Assembly (NCBI GenBank): GCA_002269645.1
Contig: NIVC01002200.1
Span: forward strand, 1-64,000
DNA length: 64,000 nt
Source: Macrostomum lignano
Taxonomy: Eukaryota
Reading direction: 5' to 3'
Below the pieces are notes generated by a model. The model worked only from the letters and a program-made list of their open reading frames with translations, searched no databases and was not told the DNA's origin. The position numbers and the translations under genes were made by a program. This document shows positions 1-13,700 of the stretch, one piece after another; within the stretch, counting starts at the first letter, position 1, and every line of letters starts with the position of its first letter.

Positions 1-660
1 ACTTAAGCTCTTAGACTATAGACGATCAAATAACTAGCGATAGCGGTGCAGCTTCATCACGCCGTCTCGATGCCACAGAGCGGTTGAGTACATCGCACTC
101 TTGTTCCAAGAGTCCTAGGCTCAATTCTGTGTATGCTCACAATACTAGTACCAACGTACTAAATTAAAAAATTTAGTCAGATAAGCTAGGAGCTAACATA
201 TTGTATAGATTAAATAAGAAATTCATTTTCTACAATAATTACGTTCCATAATTGTTTGAAAATTATTTACGATACACATCTTTAACAACGGATTCTGCAC
301 TACAGTGCCTAGCTATGAGCATCTTCTTTCCTTTCTCTCCACTTGGAAGAAATCCGAGCAGTTAAAAAGTACATGCATCTATATCTCTATACCCAGCAGA
401 CAGAGTTGTAGCTTTTCTAGACAGAGTTCGGAATTGCTAAGTGCAGCGGGCCGCAGATGAGACTCATTAGATTCGAAATTGAGCTCAATGTAGCGCCGGC
501 CAGGGCTGATATTCCTACTCAGACTCCGACAGAGACATCGGTGCAATGAGGTGTGGAAAATGGTTCCGGACTACCGAACTGCACCGCATGACAGACAGAC
601 TCTGAGAGAGACAGTGGTAAAGACAGGCACTGACAGACAGGCATTGGGAGGGATAGAAAG

Positions 661-698
661 TCACAGACAGACAGACAGACAGACACACAGACAGACAC

Positions 699-781
<83 letters not shown>

Positions 782-782
782 C

Positions 783-845
<63 letters not shown>

Positions 846-846
846 C

Positions 847-893
<47 letters not shown>

Positions 894-930
894 CACAGAC
901 AGACAGACAGACAGACACACAGACAGACAC

Positions 931-992
<62 letters not shown>
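661..992. repeat. (GACA)n microsatellite in intron 2 of the Cys-loop receptor gene
   Basis: Direct tetranucleotide repeat; accounts for ORFs 515-1095. Confidence 0.98.
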
Positions 993-1550
993 TGACACTG
1001 CCGGACAGAAAGACATGAAACCATGGGAAAGAAGAATGTAAGCAGATGGAGACAAAAGACGAAGAGCGGAGATCAGGAGAGGAGATAGAAGACAATGCTA
1101 GACTGAAAGTCAGTCAGTAAGACAGACAGGGGCTGAATGAAAACAATATGCAGAATGCAATATAATTTCCAGTTAACCAGCAGTGCATTGCGGTCCTGTA
1201 GTCTTATTTACATTTCGTGCCGATGCAGGAAGAAAAATCTGCTAGAGTTTACAGATCCGGCACTGATTCCAATCAGCCTTTTTCTGCTAGAAACTGACTG
1301 TAACACCCAGTTGAACTTTTCTGTTGCATTTTATTTATAACCGATTTTCCTTGAGAAGGTTTCTTATGCACCAATTTATTGTCGGCATGACCTCAAGCGA
1401 AGACGGGGTCATGCGCTTGTGCGGACTTTGAGAAAAAGACTAAATCTGTGCAATGCTATTTTTCTCCTAAAAAATCCATAGAAAATCGACTAGAGGCACG
1501 CCGGGGACTGAATGTGATTTGGCGGAAGAGTTCCGGCAACATTTTCTCAC

Positions 1551-1618
1551 CATGTTAACCTCCGATATGCTGTCGAAACTTGCTATGACCACTTCCATGC
1601 CAATGTCCAGCACCTTGG
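1551..1618 (-). CDS. Cys-loop GABA-gated chloride channel subunit (LCCH3/GABA-A beta-like), coding exon 2
   Basis: ttttcag|CC AAG GTG CTG GAC ATT GGC ATG GAA GTG GTC ATA GCA AGT TTC GAC AGC ATA TCG GAG GTT AAC ATG|gtgag = (T)KVLDIGMEVVIASFDSISEVNM. Matches the GABA-receptor IASFDxISEVNM motif; phase fits exon 1. Not in the ORF track; later exons were not found in the window. Confidence 0.93.
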
Positions 1619-1659
1619 CTGAAAATTTGAGAAGCAGCGAACAAGTTAATTGCTTGAGA

Positions 1660-1804
1660 GGGCCGAAAAGAGGGGAGGAGAGGGAAATGTGAGGGAGGAA
1701 AGAGAAAATGGAGGAAGGAGACTAGGAGAGAGAAGAGAGGAAGGAGACTAGGCGAGAGAAGAGAGGAAGGAGACTAGGAGAGAGATGAGAGGAAGGAGAA
1801 TAGA

Positions 1805-1860
<56 letters not shown>

Positions 1861-2000
1861 AGAGGAAGGAGATTAGGAGAGAGAGAGAAGAGGGGAAGGA
1901 GACTAGGAGAGAGAGAATAGAGGAAGGAGACTAGGAGAAAGGGCAGAAAAGAGAGGGAAAACTGGAGAAGAGAGGGGGTTAGAAAGGAGAGGAGAATAGG
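1660..2000. repeat. GA-rich low-complexity/(GA)n tract
   Basis: Runs of gagagaga and ggaaggagactaggagaga units. Confidence 0.9.
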
Positions 2001-2309
2001 TCGCTGAGACAGGGCAGGTTAGATGTTATACAATACGAAATTGATTGAATCCTGCTCACAGATTTGGGGTATAATCACTTCGGAAAGTGTGACTGAAGAC
2101 TCAATTCAATAAACGAAGACAGTAATTAGAGTTCTTGAGCGAAATAACCCCATTAAATAATTGCTTCACTGACCGTGTGGAGACGCCCTCACTGTGCAAA
2201 GTAATTATAAAGTACTTATTTCATTTTTACCTTTGACCGCCCAATTAACTATTCGACCGGTTCGAATAACCTACCGGATCAGTCGGTGTCCAGGGTCACC
2301 GCGGCCCGC

Positions 2310-2430
2310 CTTCTCACCCTTCCACTCTCCCTCATTCTCACCCTTCCACTCTCCCTTCTTCTCACCCTTCCACTCTCCCTCATTCTCACCCTCCGACTCT
2401 TCCTCCTTCTCACCCTCCTCCCTCTTTCTC
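2310..2430. repeat. Short 24-bp tandem repeat (ttctcacccttccactctccctca-like)
   Basis: About 5 degenerate units; yields SPFHSPSF peptide in the ORF track. Confidence 0.85.
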
Positions 2431-2899
2431 ATCCATTAAAATCTAGTAAATTTAAGCCTAACTTCTCAGAATTAGATTGAAATAAATTTGATTCATTGAT
2501 AAACCTCAAGGAAAAAATATAGCCAAGCATTTTAGCTTGAGCCAAGCCGATTGAAGTGGCCACTCTTTAGCTCCGGCTCTCTTCATACAACAGTTTTAAA
2601 TTATGCTCGAGGCTGTGACTGACGCTGCCAAGGTGGAGCAGAATCTCTTTCCGTCCACTCCGCTCTCTTCTCCTTCCTTCCTTTCCCAGCTTGAAGTAAG
2701 TCCGCCAAGAGACCGGTTTCCTATTAGTTTTGATACTCGCTGTTCAACCTGCCTTAGCTGCTGGGACAGCCCAGGGACGGCTATGGGTCAGTGTGTACTT
2801 TTAAGGAACTTTAAATTCGTGTTACCAAGACGTACTTGATCGCTTTAATATGTTCCAGTTTGCAGCACGTCTATGGATAGATAGGTTAAGCTTGGCGAT

Positions 2900-5800
2900 C
2901 TAGAGGTGTCTAGCCAGGGTGAGATAGCGGATAGACAGGGGAAATGGGGATTAGACAGGGCGAGATGAGGAATAGACAGGGTAAGAACGGGAAAAGACTG
3001 GGTGAGATAGCGGATAGACATAGTGAGATGGGGAATAGTCAGGGCGAGATTGGGGATAGACAGGGTGAGATGAGGAATAGATAGGGTGAGAAAGGGAATA
3101 GACAGGGTGAGATGAGGAATAGATAGAGTGAGATGGGGAATAGACGGAAGGAGATGGGGAATAGATAGAGTGAGATGGGGAATAGACGGAAGGAGATGGG
3201 GAATAGATAGGGTGAGATGGGGAATAGACAGGGGAAGGGAGAGACAGAGGGAGATGGGGAATAGACAGAAGGAGATGGGAGAGACAGAGGGAGATGGGGA
3301 ATAGATAGGGTGAGATGGGGAATAGACAGAAGGAGACGAGGAATAGACAGGGCGAGATGGGGATAGACAGGGTGAGATGAGGAATAGATAGGGTGAGATG
3401 GGGAATAGACAGAAGGAGATGGGGAATAGATAGGGTGAGATGGGGAATAGACAGAAGGAGATGGGGAATAGATAGGGTGAGATGGGGAATAGACAGAAGG
3501 AGATGGGGAATAGATAGGGTGAGATGGGGAATAGACAGGGGAAGGGAGAGACAGAGGGAGATGGGGAATAGACAGAAGGAGATGAGAGAGACAGAGGGAG
3601 ATGGGGAATAGATAGGGTGAGATGGGGAATAGACAGAAGGAGACGAGGAATAGACAGAGGGAGATGGGGAATAGATAGGGTGAGATGGGGAATAGACAGA
3701 AGGAGACGAGGAATAGACAGGGCGAGATGGGGGATAGACAGGGTGAGATGAGGAATAGATAGGGTGAGATGGGGAATAGACAGAAGGAGATGGGGAATAG
3801 ATAGGGTGAGATGGGGAATAGACAGGGTGAGATGAGGAATAAAGAAGGAGAAGGGAAAGACAGAGGGAGATGGGGAATAGACAGAAGGAGATGGGGAATA
3901 GACAGAAGGAGAAGGGAGAGACAGAGGGAGATGGGGAATAGACAGAAGGAGATGGGGAATAGATAGGGTGAGATGGGGAATAGACAGGGTGAGATGTGGA
4001 ATAGACAGGGTGAGATGTGGAATAGACAGGGTGAGATGTGGAATAGACAGGGTGAGATGGGGAATAGACAGAAGGAGATGGGGAATAGATAGGGTGAGAT
4101 GGGGAATAGACAGAAGGAGAAGGGAGAGACAGAGGGAGATAGGGAATAGACAGAAGGAGATGGGGAATAGACAGAAGGAGAAGGGAGAGACAGAGGGAGA
4201 TGGGGAATAGACAGAAGGAGAAGGGAGAGACAGAGGGAGATGGGGAATAGACAGAAGGAGATGGGGAATAGACAGGGTGAGATGTGGAATAGACAGGGTG
4301 AGATGTGGAATAGACAGGGCGAGATGGGGAATAGACAGAAGGAGAAGGGAGAGAAAGAGGGAGATGGGGAATAAACAGGGTGAGATGGGGAACAGACGGG
4401 ATGAGATGGGGAATAGACAGGGTGAGATGTGGAATAGACAGGGTGAGATGTGGAATAGACAGGGTGAGATGGGGAATAGACGGGATGAGATGGGGAATAG
4501 ACGGGATGAGATGGGGAATAGACGGGATGAGATGGGGAATAGACGGGATGAGATGGGGAATAGACGGGATGAGATGGGGAATAGACGGGATGAGATGGAG
4601 AGTAGACAGGGTGAGATGTGGAATAGACAGGGTGAGATGTGGAATAGACAGGGTGAGATGTGGAATAGACAGGGTGAGATGTGGAATAGACAGGGTGAGA
4701 TTGGGAATAGACAGGGTGAGATGTGGAATAGACAGGGTGAGATGTGGAATAGACAGAAGGAGAAGGGAGAGACAGAGGAGATGGGGAATAGACAGAAGGA
4801 GATGTGGAATAGACAGGGTGAGATGTGGAATAGACAGGGTGAGATGGGGAATAGACAGGGTGAGATGTGGAATAGACAGGGTGAGATGTGGAATAGACAG
4901 GGTGAGATGGGGAATAGACGGGATGAGATGGGGAATAGACGGGATGAGATGGGGAATAGACGGGATGAGATGGGGAATAGACGGGATGAGATGGGGAATA
5001 GACGGGATGAGATGGGGAATAGACGGGATGAGATGGAGAGTAGACAGGCTGAGATGTGGAATAGACAGGGTGAGATGAGGAATAGACAGGGTGAGAAGTG
5101 GAATAGAGAGGGTGAGATGTGGAATAGACAGGGTGAGATGGGGAATAGACAGGGTGAGATGTGGAATAGATAGGGTGAGATGTGGAATAGACAGAAGGAG
5201 AAGGGAGAGACAGAGGGAGATGGGGAATAGACAGAAGGAGATAGGGAATAGACAGGGTGAGATGTGGAATAGACAGGGTGAGATGGGGAATAGACAGGGT
5301 GAGATGGGGAATAGACAGGGTGAGATGTGGAATAGACAGGGCGAGATGGGGAATAGACAGGGTGAGATGGGGAATAGACGGGATGAGATGGGGAATAGAC
5401 GGGATGAGATGGGGAATAGACGGGATGAGATGGGGAATAGACAGGGTGAGATGTGGAATAGACAGGGTGAGATGTGGAATAGACAGGGCGAGATGGGGAA
5501 TAGACAGAAGGAGAAGGGAGAGACAGAGGGAGATGGGGAATAGACAGAAGGAGATGTGGAATAGACAGGGTGAGATGTGGAATAGACAGGATGAGATGAG
5601 GAATAGACAGGGTGAGATGGGGAATAGACAGAAGGAGAAGGGAGAGACAGAGGGAGATGGGGAATAGACAGAAGGAGATGTGGAATAAACAGGGTGAGAT
5701 GTGGAATAGACAGGGTGAGATGGGGAATAGACAGGGTGAGATGTGGAATAGACAGAGTGAGATGTGTAATAGACACATGTGGAATAGACAGGGTGAGATG

Positions 5801-7670
5801 GGGAATAGACGGGATGAGATGTGGAATAGACAGGATGAGATGGGGAATAGACAGGGTGAGATGTGGAATAGACAGAGTGAGATGTGTAATAGACACATGT
5901 GGAATAGACAGGGTGAGATGGGGAATAGACGGGATGAGATGGGGAATAGACGGGATGAGATGGGGAATAGACGGGATGAGATGGGGAATAGACAGGGTGA
6001 GATGTGGAATAGACAGGGTGAGATGTGGAATAGACAGGGCGAGATGGGGAATAGACAGAAGGAGAAGGGAGAGACAGAGGGAGATGGGGAATAGACAGAA
6101 GGAGATGGGGAATAGACAGGGTGAGATGGGGAATAGACAGGGTGAGATGTGGAATAGACAGGGTGAGATGTGGAATAGACAGGATGAGATGGGGAATAGA
6201 CAGAAGGAGATGTGGAATAGACAGGGTGAGATGGGGAATAGACAGAAGGAGATGTGGAATAGACAGGGTGAGATGTGGAATAGACAGGATGAGATGAGAA
6301 ATAGACAGGGTGAGATGGGGAATAGACAGAAGGAGAAGGGAGAGAAAGAGGGAGATGGGGAATAGACAGAAGGAGATGTGGAATAGACAGGGTGAGATGT
6401 GGAATAGACAGGGTGAGATGGGGAATAGACAGGGTGAGATGTGGAATAGACAGAGTGAGATGTGGAATAGACAGGATGAGATGAGGAATAGACAGGGTGA
6501 GATGTGGAATAGACAGGGTGAGATGTGGAATAGACAGGGTGAGATGGGGAATAGACGGGATGAGATGGGGAATAGACGGGATGAGATGGAGAGTAGACAG
6601 GGTGAGATGTGGAATAGACAGGGTGAGATGTGGAATAGACAGGGTGAGATGTGGAATAGACAGGGTGAGATGGGGAATAGACAGGGTGAGATGTGGAATA
6701 GACAGGGTGAGATGTGGAATAGACAGAAGGAGAAGGGAGAGACAGAGGGAGATGGGGAATAGACAGAAGAAGATGTGGAATAAACAGGGTGAGATGTGGA
6801 ATAGACAGGGTGAGATGTGGAATAGACAGGGTGAGATGGGGAATAGACAGGGTGAGATGGGGAATAGACAGGGTGAGATGTGGAATAGACAGGGTGAGAT
6901 GTGGAATAGACAGGGTGAGATGTGGAATAGACAGGGTGAGATGTGGAATAGACAGAAGGAGAAGGGAGAGACAGAGGGAGATGGGGAATAGACAGAAGGA
7001 GATGGGGAATAGACAGGGTGAGATGGGGAATAGACAGGGTGAGATGTGGAATAGACAGGGTGAGATGTGGAATAGACAGGGTGAGATGGGGAATAGACAG
7101 GGTGAGATGTGGAATAGACAGGGTGAGATGTGGAATAGACAGAAGGAGAAGGGAGAGACAGAGGGAGATGGGGAATAGACAGAAGGAGATGGGGAATAGA
7201 CAGGGTGAGATGGGGAATAGACAGGGTGAGATGTGGAATAGACAGGGTGAGATGTGGAATAGACAGGGTGAGATGTGGAATAGACAGGGTGAGATGTGGA
7301 ATAGACAGAAGGAGAAGGGAGAGACAGAGGGAGATGGGGAATAGACAGAAGGAGATTGGGAATAGACAGGGTGAGATGGGGAATAGACAGGGTGAGATGT
7401 GGAATAGACAGGGTGAGATGTGGAATAGACAGGGTGAGATGTGGAATAGACAGAAGGAGAAGGGAGAGACAGAGGGAGATGGGGAATAGACAGAAGGAGA
7501 TGGGGAATAGACAGGGTGAGATGGGGAATAGACAGGGTGAGATGTGGAATAGACAGGGTGAGATGTGGAATAGACAGGGTGAGATGTGGAATAGACAGGG
7601 TGAGATGTGGAATAGACAGGGTGAGATGGGGAATAGACGGGATGAGATGGAGAGTAGACATGGAATAAAA
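2900..7670. repeat. 4.7-kb 21-bp minisatellite (gggtgagatgtggaatagaca and variants) in receptor intron 1
   Basis: Direct tandem repeat; 7-aa periodicity (GEMWNRQ / IPHLTLS) in all overlapping ORFs. Confidence 0.98.
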
Positions 7671-7804
7671 TAGGGTGTGATGCAGCACATTTTGAAAATT
7701 AAGGGAGTAGCAGAGCTATGTGCAAAAGTGACGAATTCGGCAGGTTGTCAGTCAATAAAGAACGGGAGCAGGTAACAATAGCATCATAGTAACGGAGTTC
7801 TCAC

Positions 7805-7985
7805 TGCCAAAGTTAGGCCTAAGCCTGTTGTCATAGTTTTGCGTTAGTCGACGAATAGCGCTTGACAAACGGGCGGAATTGGAATTGTCGTCGGCCTGAG
7901 TCTGGGCGCGGACAGGACTCAGCAGCGGCAGCAGCAGCAGCGGCAGCAGCAGCAGCGGTGAAGCGGCGGCCAAGCCCGAAGGCAT
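7805..7985 (-). CDS. Cys-loop GABA-gated chloride channel subunit (LCCH3/GABA-A beta-like), coding exon 1
   Basis: Leu-rich signal peptide MPSGLAAASPLLLLPLLLLPLLSPVRA, then ...LTQNYDNRLRPNFG (canonical YDxRLRPNFG), then A|gtgaga donor (phase 1). Confidence 0.93.
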
Positions 7986-10900
7986 GCCACCGGCTGTGGT
8001 TCAGCAAGACTAGCGCGTCCGGGTGCTGCTGGGTGGCCAACCTGCGGCAAAACTTTTCTGAGCTTCTCTCGGACACAGAGAAAAAACTTTTTATACGCAG
8101 GGGATTAGAAAAGTTTTAGCTATCGATCGGAGACGGCAAAGTTGCTATACAGGAGAAATTGGCAATGATCTGTTGCCGCTGCGGTGGCTGGGAGGACTAT
8201 TTTATAGTTTGGGATGCCAGCTATGCCTGCCGCCTCTTCTCCTCTTGGATCCGTTTTATCCTCTCTCCCCCTCTCTCCTCCCCCCAGCCCCAACCAATCC
8301 CGAGGCGCTGCGTCTCCCACCGAATCCTATGAAGCCGTGTAGAATATATTCAGAGTATATATCTAGCTATCTCTATATATATCTACTGCTTAATCCGGCG
8401 GCAGGGCGGTCTTCCATTTCCTCATCACCCCTATATGCATGGGGTGGTTGGCCTTTTTCGTCCATTCCCCTTCATTCCCCTCCCTGGCGGTGCTGGGAGA
8501 ACTTCAGAGTGAACCCGTAGCGGCGCAGGTTGGGTCAAGGAGTATTAAAGACACAGGTCCCGGAACGGAGTGGCAGCTTTTCCCCAAAACAGCTACCCAA
8601 CCAGTTTTCAGACAAGTGTCTGGGCTGGCTGCAGTTTCTCAGTTTACACTCTAAAGTCATTTTACTGAAGCTATAAAAATTGGAAAACTCCAGTCGGACT
8701 TGACAGTTAAGTTGTCTGAAAACTGGGGGAGGTGTTTGTGGAAGAGCTGCTTACTCCAATTTCTGGTTCTCGGCCTCCTTGGTCGGGTGTGGAATGGCGA
8801 GGGAGGTAGGGTTGGACTGGAGGGGCCGGGGCAGAAAATCTGACAGATGCAAATCTTTTGGCGTTAATCGGCAATTTTTCTCTGCCACTCTGAGGGGGAT
8901 GCGAGGGGAAGGGAGGGTTAGACAGCAGACACGGGATCCCGCAGAGCTGCAAAGCTACGGCAGTCTAGCTGTCTCTCACGCCCTAGCGCACCAAAAATTC
9001 CGAATATAAAGTGCAGTTCTAAGACAGCGTACAAGCTGCTAGCGAGTCGATCAGTTGCAGCTCAAGCTCTACTTCCGACACGAGAGCAGTTTACTCCGAG
9101 AGATGATCACTTCGGGCTGGACTTTCCCTCGGAAAATTCCCAAATAGGGGAATTTGCAAGCCAAACTCTCATGGGGCTCTTTATTCGATTTGGACACTGG
9201 CACTTCTGCTAACTGACAGCCACAGTACTGATCCCCGACCCATTGTAAATCTCTGCCAGTCAGCTAGCGGGGGATATTGGGTGTGCTCGGGGAGGCTGCA
9301 GAGCCACCGCCACCAATGCTGAGCACGGAACCAGTGCAGAGCTATGCGAGTCCTCTCAGTCTCCTTGATTCTCCATCGCTAAGACTATAAGAGCTGAGAG
9401 AGAGCAAGCACTTTGCAATGCAAATTGTCTATCAGCCAGACTTTGCTATCACTTACTCATACTGGGGGGGGGGCTATGAGAGTATTAAAGATACACGTAC
9501 AGAGATTCGGTCGCACAGAGATTCGGGAGGGATTAATTGGCTCCCGGAGTAAAACCAATACTGCATGGACCGAAATCCATCAGGATTGATTTGCATAGTA
9601 AAGCTATACTAAATAGCTGATAATGCGTTGCGAAGTCTGTAGTGAATTCGTTTAATGATAGACTGCCATTAGCATGCACAATCTTTAATTGCACGCTGTG
9701 CGTAGCGGACTGACAGTCTTTATCAAGATCAGAAGTGTCTCTATGTAAAAGCTATTTTCATGATTAATAGGTTGACGATGAGGGGAGAAATAATAATCAA
9801 AGGTCGGGCTAATTAACAGTAGGAATGTTAAGCCATTTTCCGCCCGTGGAACTACCGAAGGGGGAATCGAATCCCCCCTGCTGGCAATTTTTGCTGCGCC
9901 GGAACGGAGCAACGTAGGCGCACGGAATTCCAGAACACAGAGTAACTTTTTGTTGCGCACCTTCTCAAACAAGAATCAAGTGGCCAGCCCTCCGGACTGT
10001 CGAGAGATATTCAACGATTTTGCCACAAGGTCGGACTATTCCCACAAGCGCTAGTATATTCAGTACACCACTGTGCGACCAATCAGCACTGCGCCTCACT
10101 GCATGCAGCCTTGGCAACAAAAGATTGAGTTTCCTGGGCTGTTGGCGGGACCGGTGTGTATCCTAAGGTCACAACAATGTGTCTAGGGCGAGACCCCATT
10201 GAGAGAGCTATGCGTTCGGTCTAGCTAGTGCCACAGATACTAAAATGACCAGATAGGCCACACAGACAGGCACATATACTTAGTAAAACAGTTTTCTACT
10301 TTCGGTTCAGTAGCAAAGAATATATAAGCTATTTGATAAAAAAAGGCCTAAAAGCCCAGGTTTAAAAGCCCAAGCTTTCAGGCGTAAACCATAGATCTTA
10401 TATGATCTTTGGCGTGAATAACTTGCTAATTGGTTCAGCAATAATGTACATTAGCCAGTCCACTGAAATGTAAATGGCAGCTTTGGGCTGGAATTCCGAG
10501 AAAGGCAATAAAAATTGGGGCGGGGCGGCCGGTTGGAGGGAGGGTTTAAGGGGGTTAAGAGCCAATAAATGAGCTTTGGCTTTAAAATACATTAAAATGC
10601 TTCGGTTTAACTTACTACTGAACTGAAAGTAGCTTACACGCAAATGTGCTGAGTGGCCCTGAGCTACTATAGTATCCGTGGCTAGAGCTTACTAAATGCA
10701 CTATCGATACGAAAAATAAGCGACCCAGTCGGATTAGCAATCATTGAAGTCGCTTCATGTAAATCCATCTCGCCTACAGGTGTAAAATAAACCAAAGCAA
10801 ACCATTGTTTCTCGGTTTAATATTTTTCAGCAATTTAATAGCCGAACGAGACAAAATCAGAGACAAGCAGTCACCAAACGGAGTTTTGTTGTAGCATCAA

Positions 10901-12117
10901 AGTTATATTTATAAAAAGAAAACACACGGAGAAAATGATGACAATAAATCAGCCAAACCGAAACAAAAGCGCTGACAGGTTAATTAGCTCACACTAACAA
11001 TTTTCAAACCAATTTTCCGCATGCAGTTTCAACGATAAAAATGATATATAGTTAGAGAAAAAAGCAACAAAAAAGAATTGATCATCAAATACTTAGCTGT
11101 AATGGTTGATCGAGCTGATACGCTACAGAAATTAGCGTCAATAACAATGAATCAGTCGCAGTTGGTTTATTCATTCAATATAGTTTATGAAAACACAGTA
11201 TGAGTGTATTACTACATTCATCACTAACTAAATAAAAAAACAATTATATTATAGTAAGCCGCTTTCTAAGAATCAAGTGTAAGGCAGATTAGAGAGTGAA
11301 AAAATGCGACTACATCGAGGGTTTGACGATAATTATTTTTGAAGTAATTATGACAAGCAAGGTTACTGGGAGAAAACCGTACAGCAAAATTTAATTAAAG
11401 TAAGCAATACTGGCTCAGATTTGTTGTTATTCGTCGTAGTTTTCAAATAGTGTGTCTTGGCTTTCATTGCTCCCCGGGAAGACGATGAAACAAGTAACAG
11501 ATTGACAAAAATAGAGCAGACAAAATACGGAGAGAGGTCCTTTTGACGCTACTAATAGTAACATAATTAAGATTAGTGCAGTCAAATTTTCTTAACTTTA
11601 CTAGATTCTGCTGAGTTGAGTCGGGATGAAGAGTGGTGGGTAGAGTTGTGTGTGTGGATTGAAACAATGTTTTCACAACAAAAAATACGGTCAATGCGCG
11701 TTTAAGCTACTAAACTTTGGTCGATAATCGCGGATTTTTTTAGTCAATCTCACTAACTCTTCTGCTTGCTATTGGACAAGAGTGGACACATCCTAGGACC
11801 TAGGTTTATATAATCATTAAAACTGGCAGAAACTTGAATTCTTAACCAAACCAATCTTAATGACGCTACTAATAGTAGCATTTTTCTAAAATGAATTAAT
11901 AGTTTAAAAAAGAGGCTGCAAAACACAAGGACAGATTAGGCCGTCTCTTTAATTGAATAACGCAACTAGATGAAAAAGGACATTAGTGTATTAATATATA
12001 TTACAACACAAACAACCCGACCAGTTAAAAAACAAGATAATAAAAATCCAATAACTCAAGCAAAAACGGGCGATAACTAATCTGTCTGTATTTTCGTTTG
12101 CTACTGTTTTTCCCAAT

Positions 12118-12353
12118 TCAATTTTTAGCTGCCTCAGGAGCGGCCGGCTGTTTGCTGTCGTTCTCAATGAGCTCATTGAGTATGTCGCGCATATTAGCCC
12201 AGCATTTGTCTGGCACGGTCACCGCTGTGCGATAGCTCGCGTGAACCTCGGACACGCGCAGAAACGTGCCCCGACGGTTGGCGCCAACATCGAAGTAGAA
12301 AATTTTGCCCATTGCGCGAAACGACTTCGGCCCGGGCAGCTGTTCGACGCCAT
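12118..12353 (-). CDS. PURA: Pur-alpha, exon 3 (PUR repeat III, stop)
   Basis: gtccag|AT GGC GTC GAA... DGVEQLPGPKSFRAMGKIFYFDVGANRRGTFLRVSEV...; PUR-repeat motif; phase fits exon 2. Confidence 0.95.
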
Positions 12354-12584
12354 CTGGACACGGCGGACGGTTGTTATTTCGGGTATTCTATCAGCTACTT
12401 ATAGTAAACTACGAGTATATGGCATAAAAATGCAGTGTCATTTTTAGTGGGGTATACATGCTGTGAGACAGGGGCTAGCAATTATACTTTTTATTACAAC
12501 TGCACTAATGGGCAGATGTACAACCAACAGCTCAGCCGCAGCTATTGCGAAGCGCATTTAAAAGGCTGCGTACGGCTTTAGGAC

Positions 12585-12756
12585 TGGAGGGTCGCCACAC
12601 ACACCCTTAATTACCCATTTTACAGCTGGGTGAACTGAAGCAATGCATAGTTAAATGTCTTGCTCAAGGACACAAACTGTTCCGAGTGGATCGAGAATCG
12701 AACCCCTGACCTTTCAGCCGTGAGTCCGACGCTCTAACCACTAAGGCTACAACGAC
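12585..12756 (-). mobile_element. tRNA-derived SINE with CORE-like central domain
   Basis: Minus strand: A box tagccttagtggttag, B box ggttcgattctc, then tgtgtccttgagcaagacatttaac...cagttcacccagctgtaaaatggg, resembling the MIR/CORE consensus as recalled. Confidence 0.8.
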
Positions 12757-12969
12757 TAGGGAGAGAACTCTCATGATAACCCTTGGAAGGATGATCTCTA
12801 ACGATTAAAACAGGAGAATCTCGTCATGAAATTATAAAAAAGCTCTAAAGTAATCTATTTTGATTAGTATGACTCAAATCTCAAAGAAACTTTGATCTCA
12901 GAAGCTTTTTTCGAATAACTATGACAATTTTAGTGACTCCCACGACAATCTGAGATTACTTTTATTATA

Positions 12970-13530
12970 AACTCGTACTACCCTCATAATAAACTCATAC
13001 TACCCTCATGATAAACTCAGATTACTCTCATGATAAACTCAGATTACTCTCATGATAAACTCAGATTACTCTCATGATAAACTCAGATTACTCTCATGAT
13101 AAACTCAGATTACTCTCATGATAAACTCATACTACCCTCATGATAAACTCATACTACCCTCATGATAAACTCAGATTACTCTCATGATAAACTCAGATTA
13201 CTCTCATGATAAACTCAAATCACTCTCATGATAAACTCAGATTACTCTCATGATAAACTTAGATCACTATCATGATAAACTCAGATTACTCTCATGATAA
13301 ACTCAGATTACTCTTATGATAAACTCAGATTACTCTCATGATAAACTCAGATTACTCTCATGATAAACTTAGATCACTCTCATGATAAACCCAGATTACT
13401 CTCACGATAAACTCAGATTACTCTCATGATAAACCCAGATTACTCTTATGATAAACTCAGATTACTCTCATGATAAACTCAGATTACTCTCATGATAAAC
13501 TTAGATCACTCGCACGATAAACTCAGATTA
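12970..13530. repeat. 22-bp minisatellite (gataaactcagattactctcat)
   Basis: Direct tandem repeat in Pur-alpha intron 2. Confidence 0.97.
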
Positions 13531-13700
13531 CTTTATTGAATATCCTGGAAGACAATTTTCTTAATAAACTTACAATATGACTGTCTCATAACATAATAAT
13601 CTTGAGAAGAGAAGAAAAAAACGCATAAACAAAATAATTATAGATGCAGCTATAGCTAGCGTTTAAACACTAACGAAGGCGATAGAGATAGAGAAAGGCA

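Noticed and set aside
515-1095. SVCL/DRQT repeat proteins
   Set aside because: Translation of (GACA)n.
1-1550. Exon 3 of the Cys-loop receptor
   Set aside because: No DYT/DFT...W.D.RL-type reading frame found by eye; probably outside the window.
2845-7690. 1000-1600-aa ORFs and many short antisense ORFs
   Set aside because: Pure 7-aa periodic translation of a 21-bp minisatellite lying inside a phase-verified intron.
12690-12756. tRNA genes (also at 30535 and 63470)
   Set aside because: A/B boxes present but no complete cloverleaf, and they continue into SINE-type bodies.
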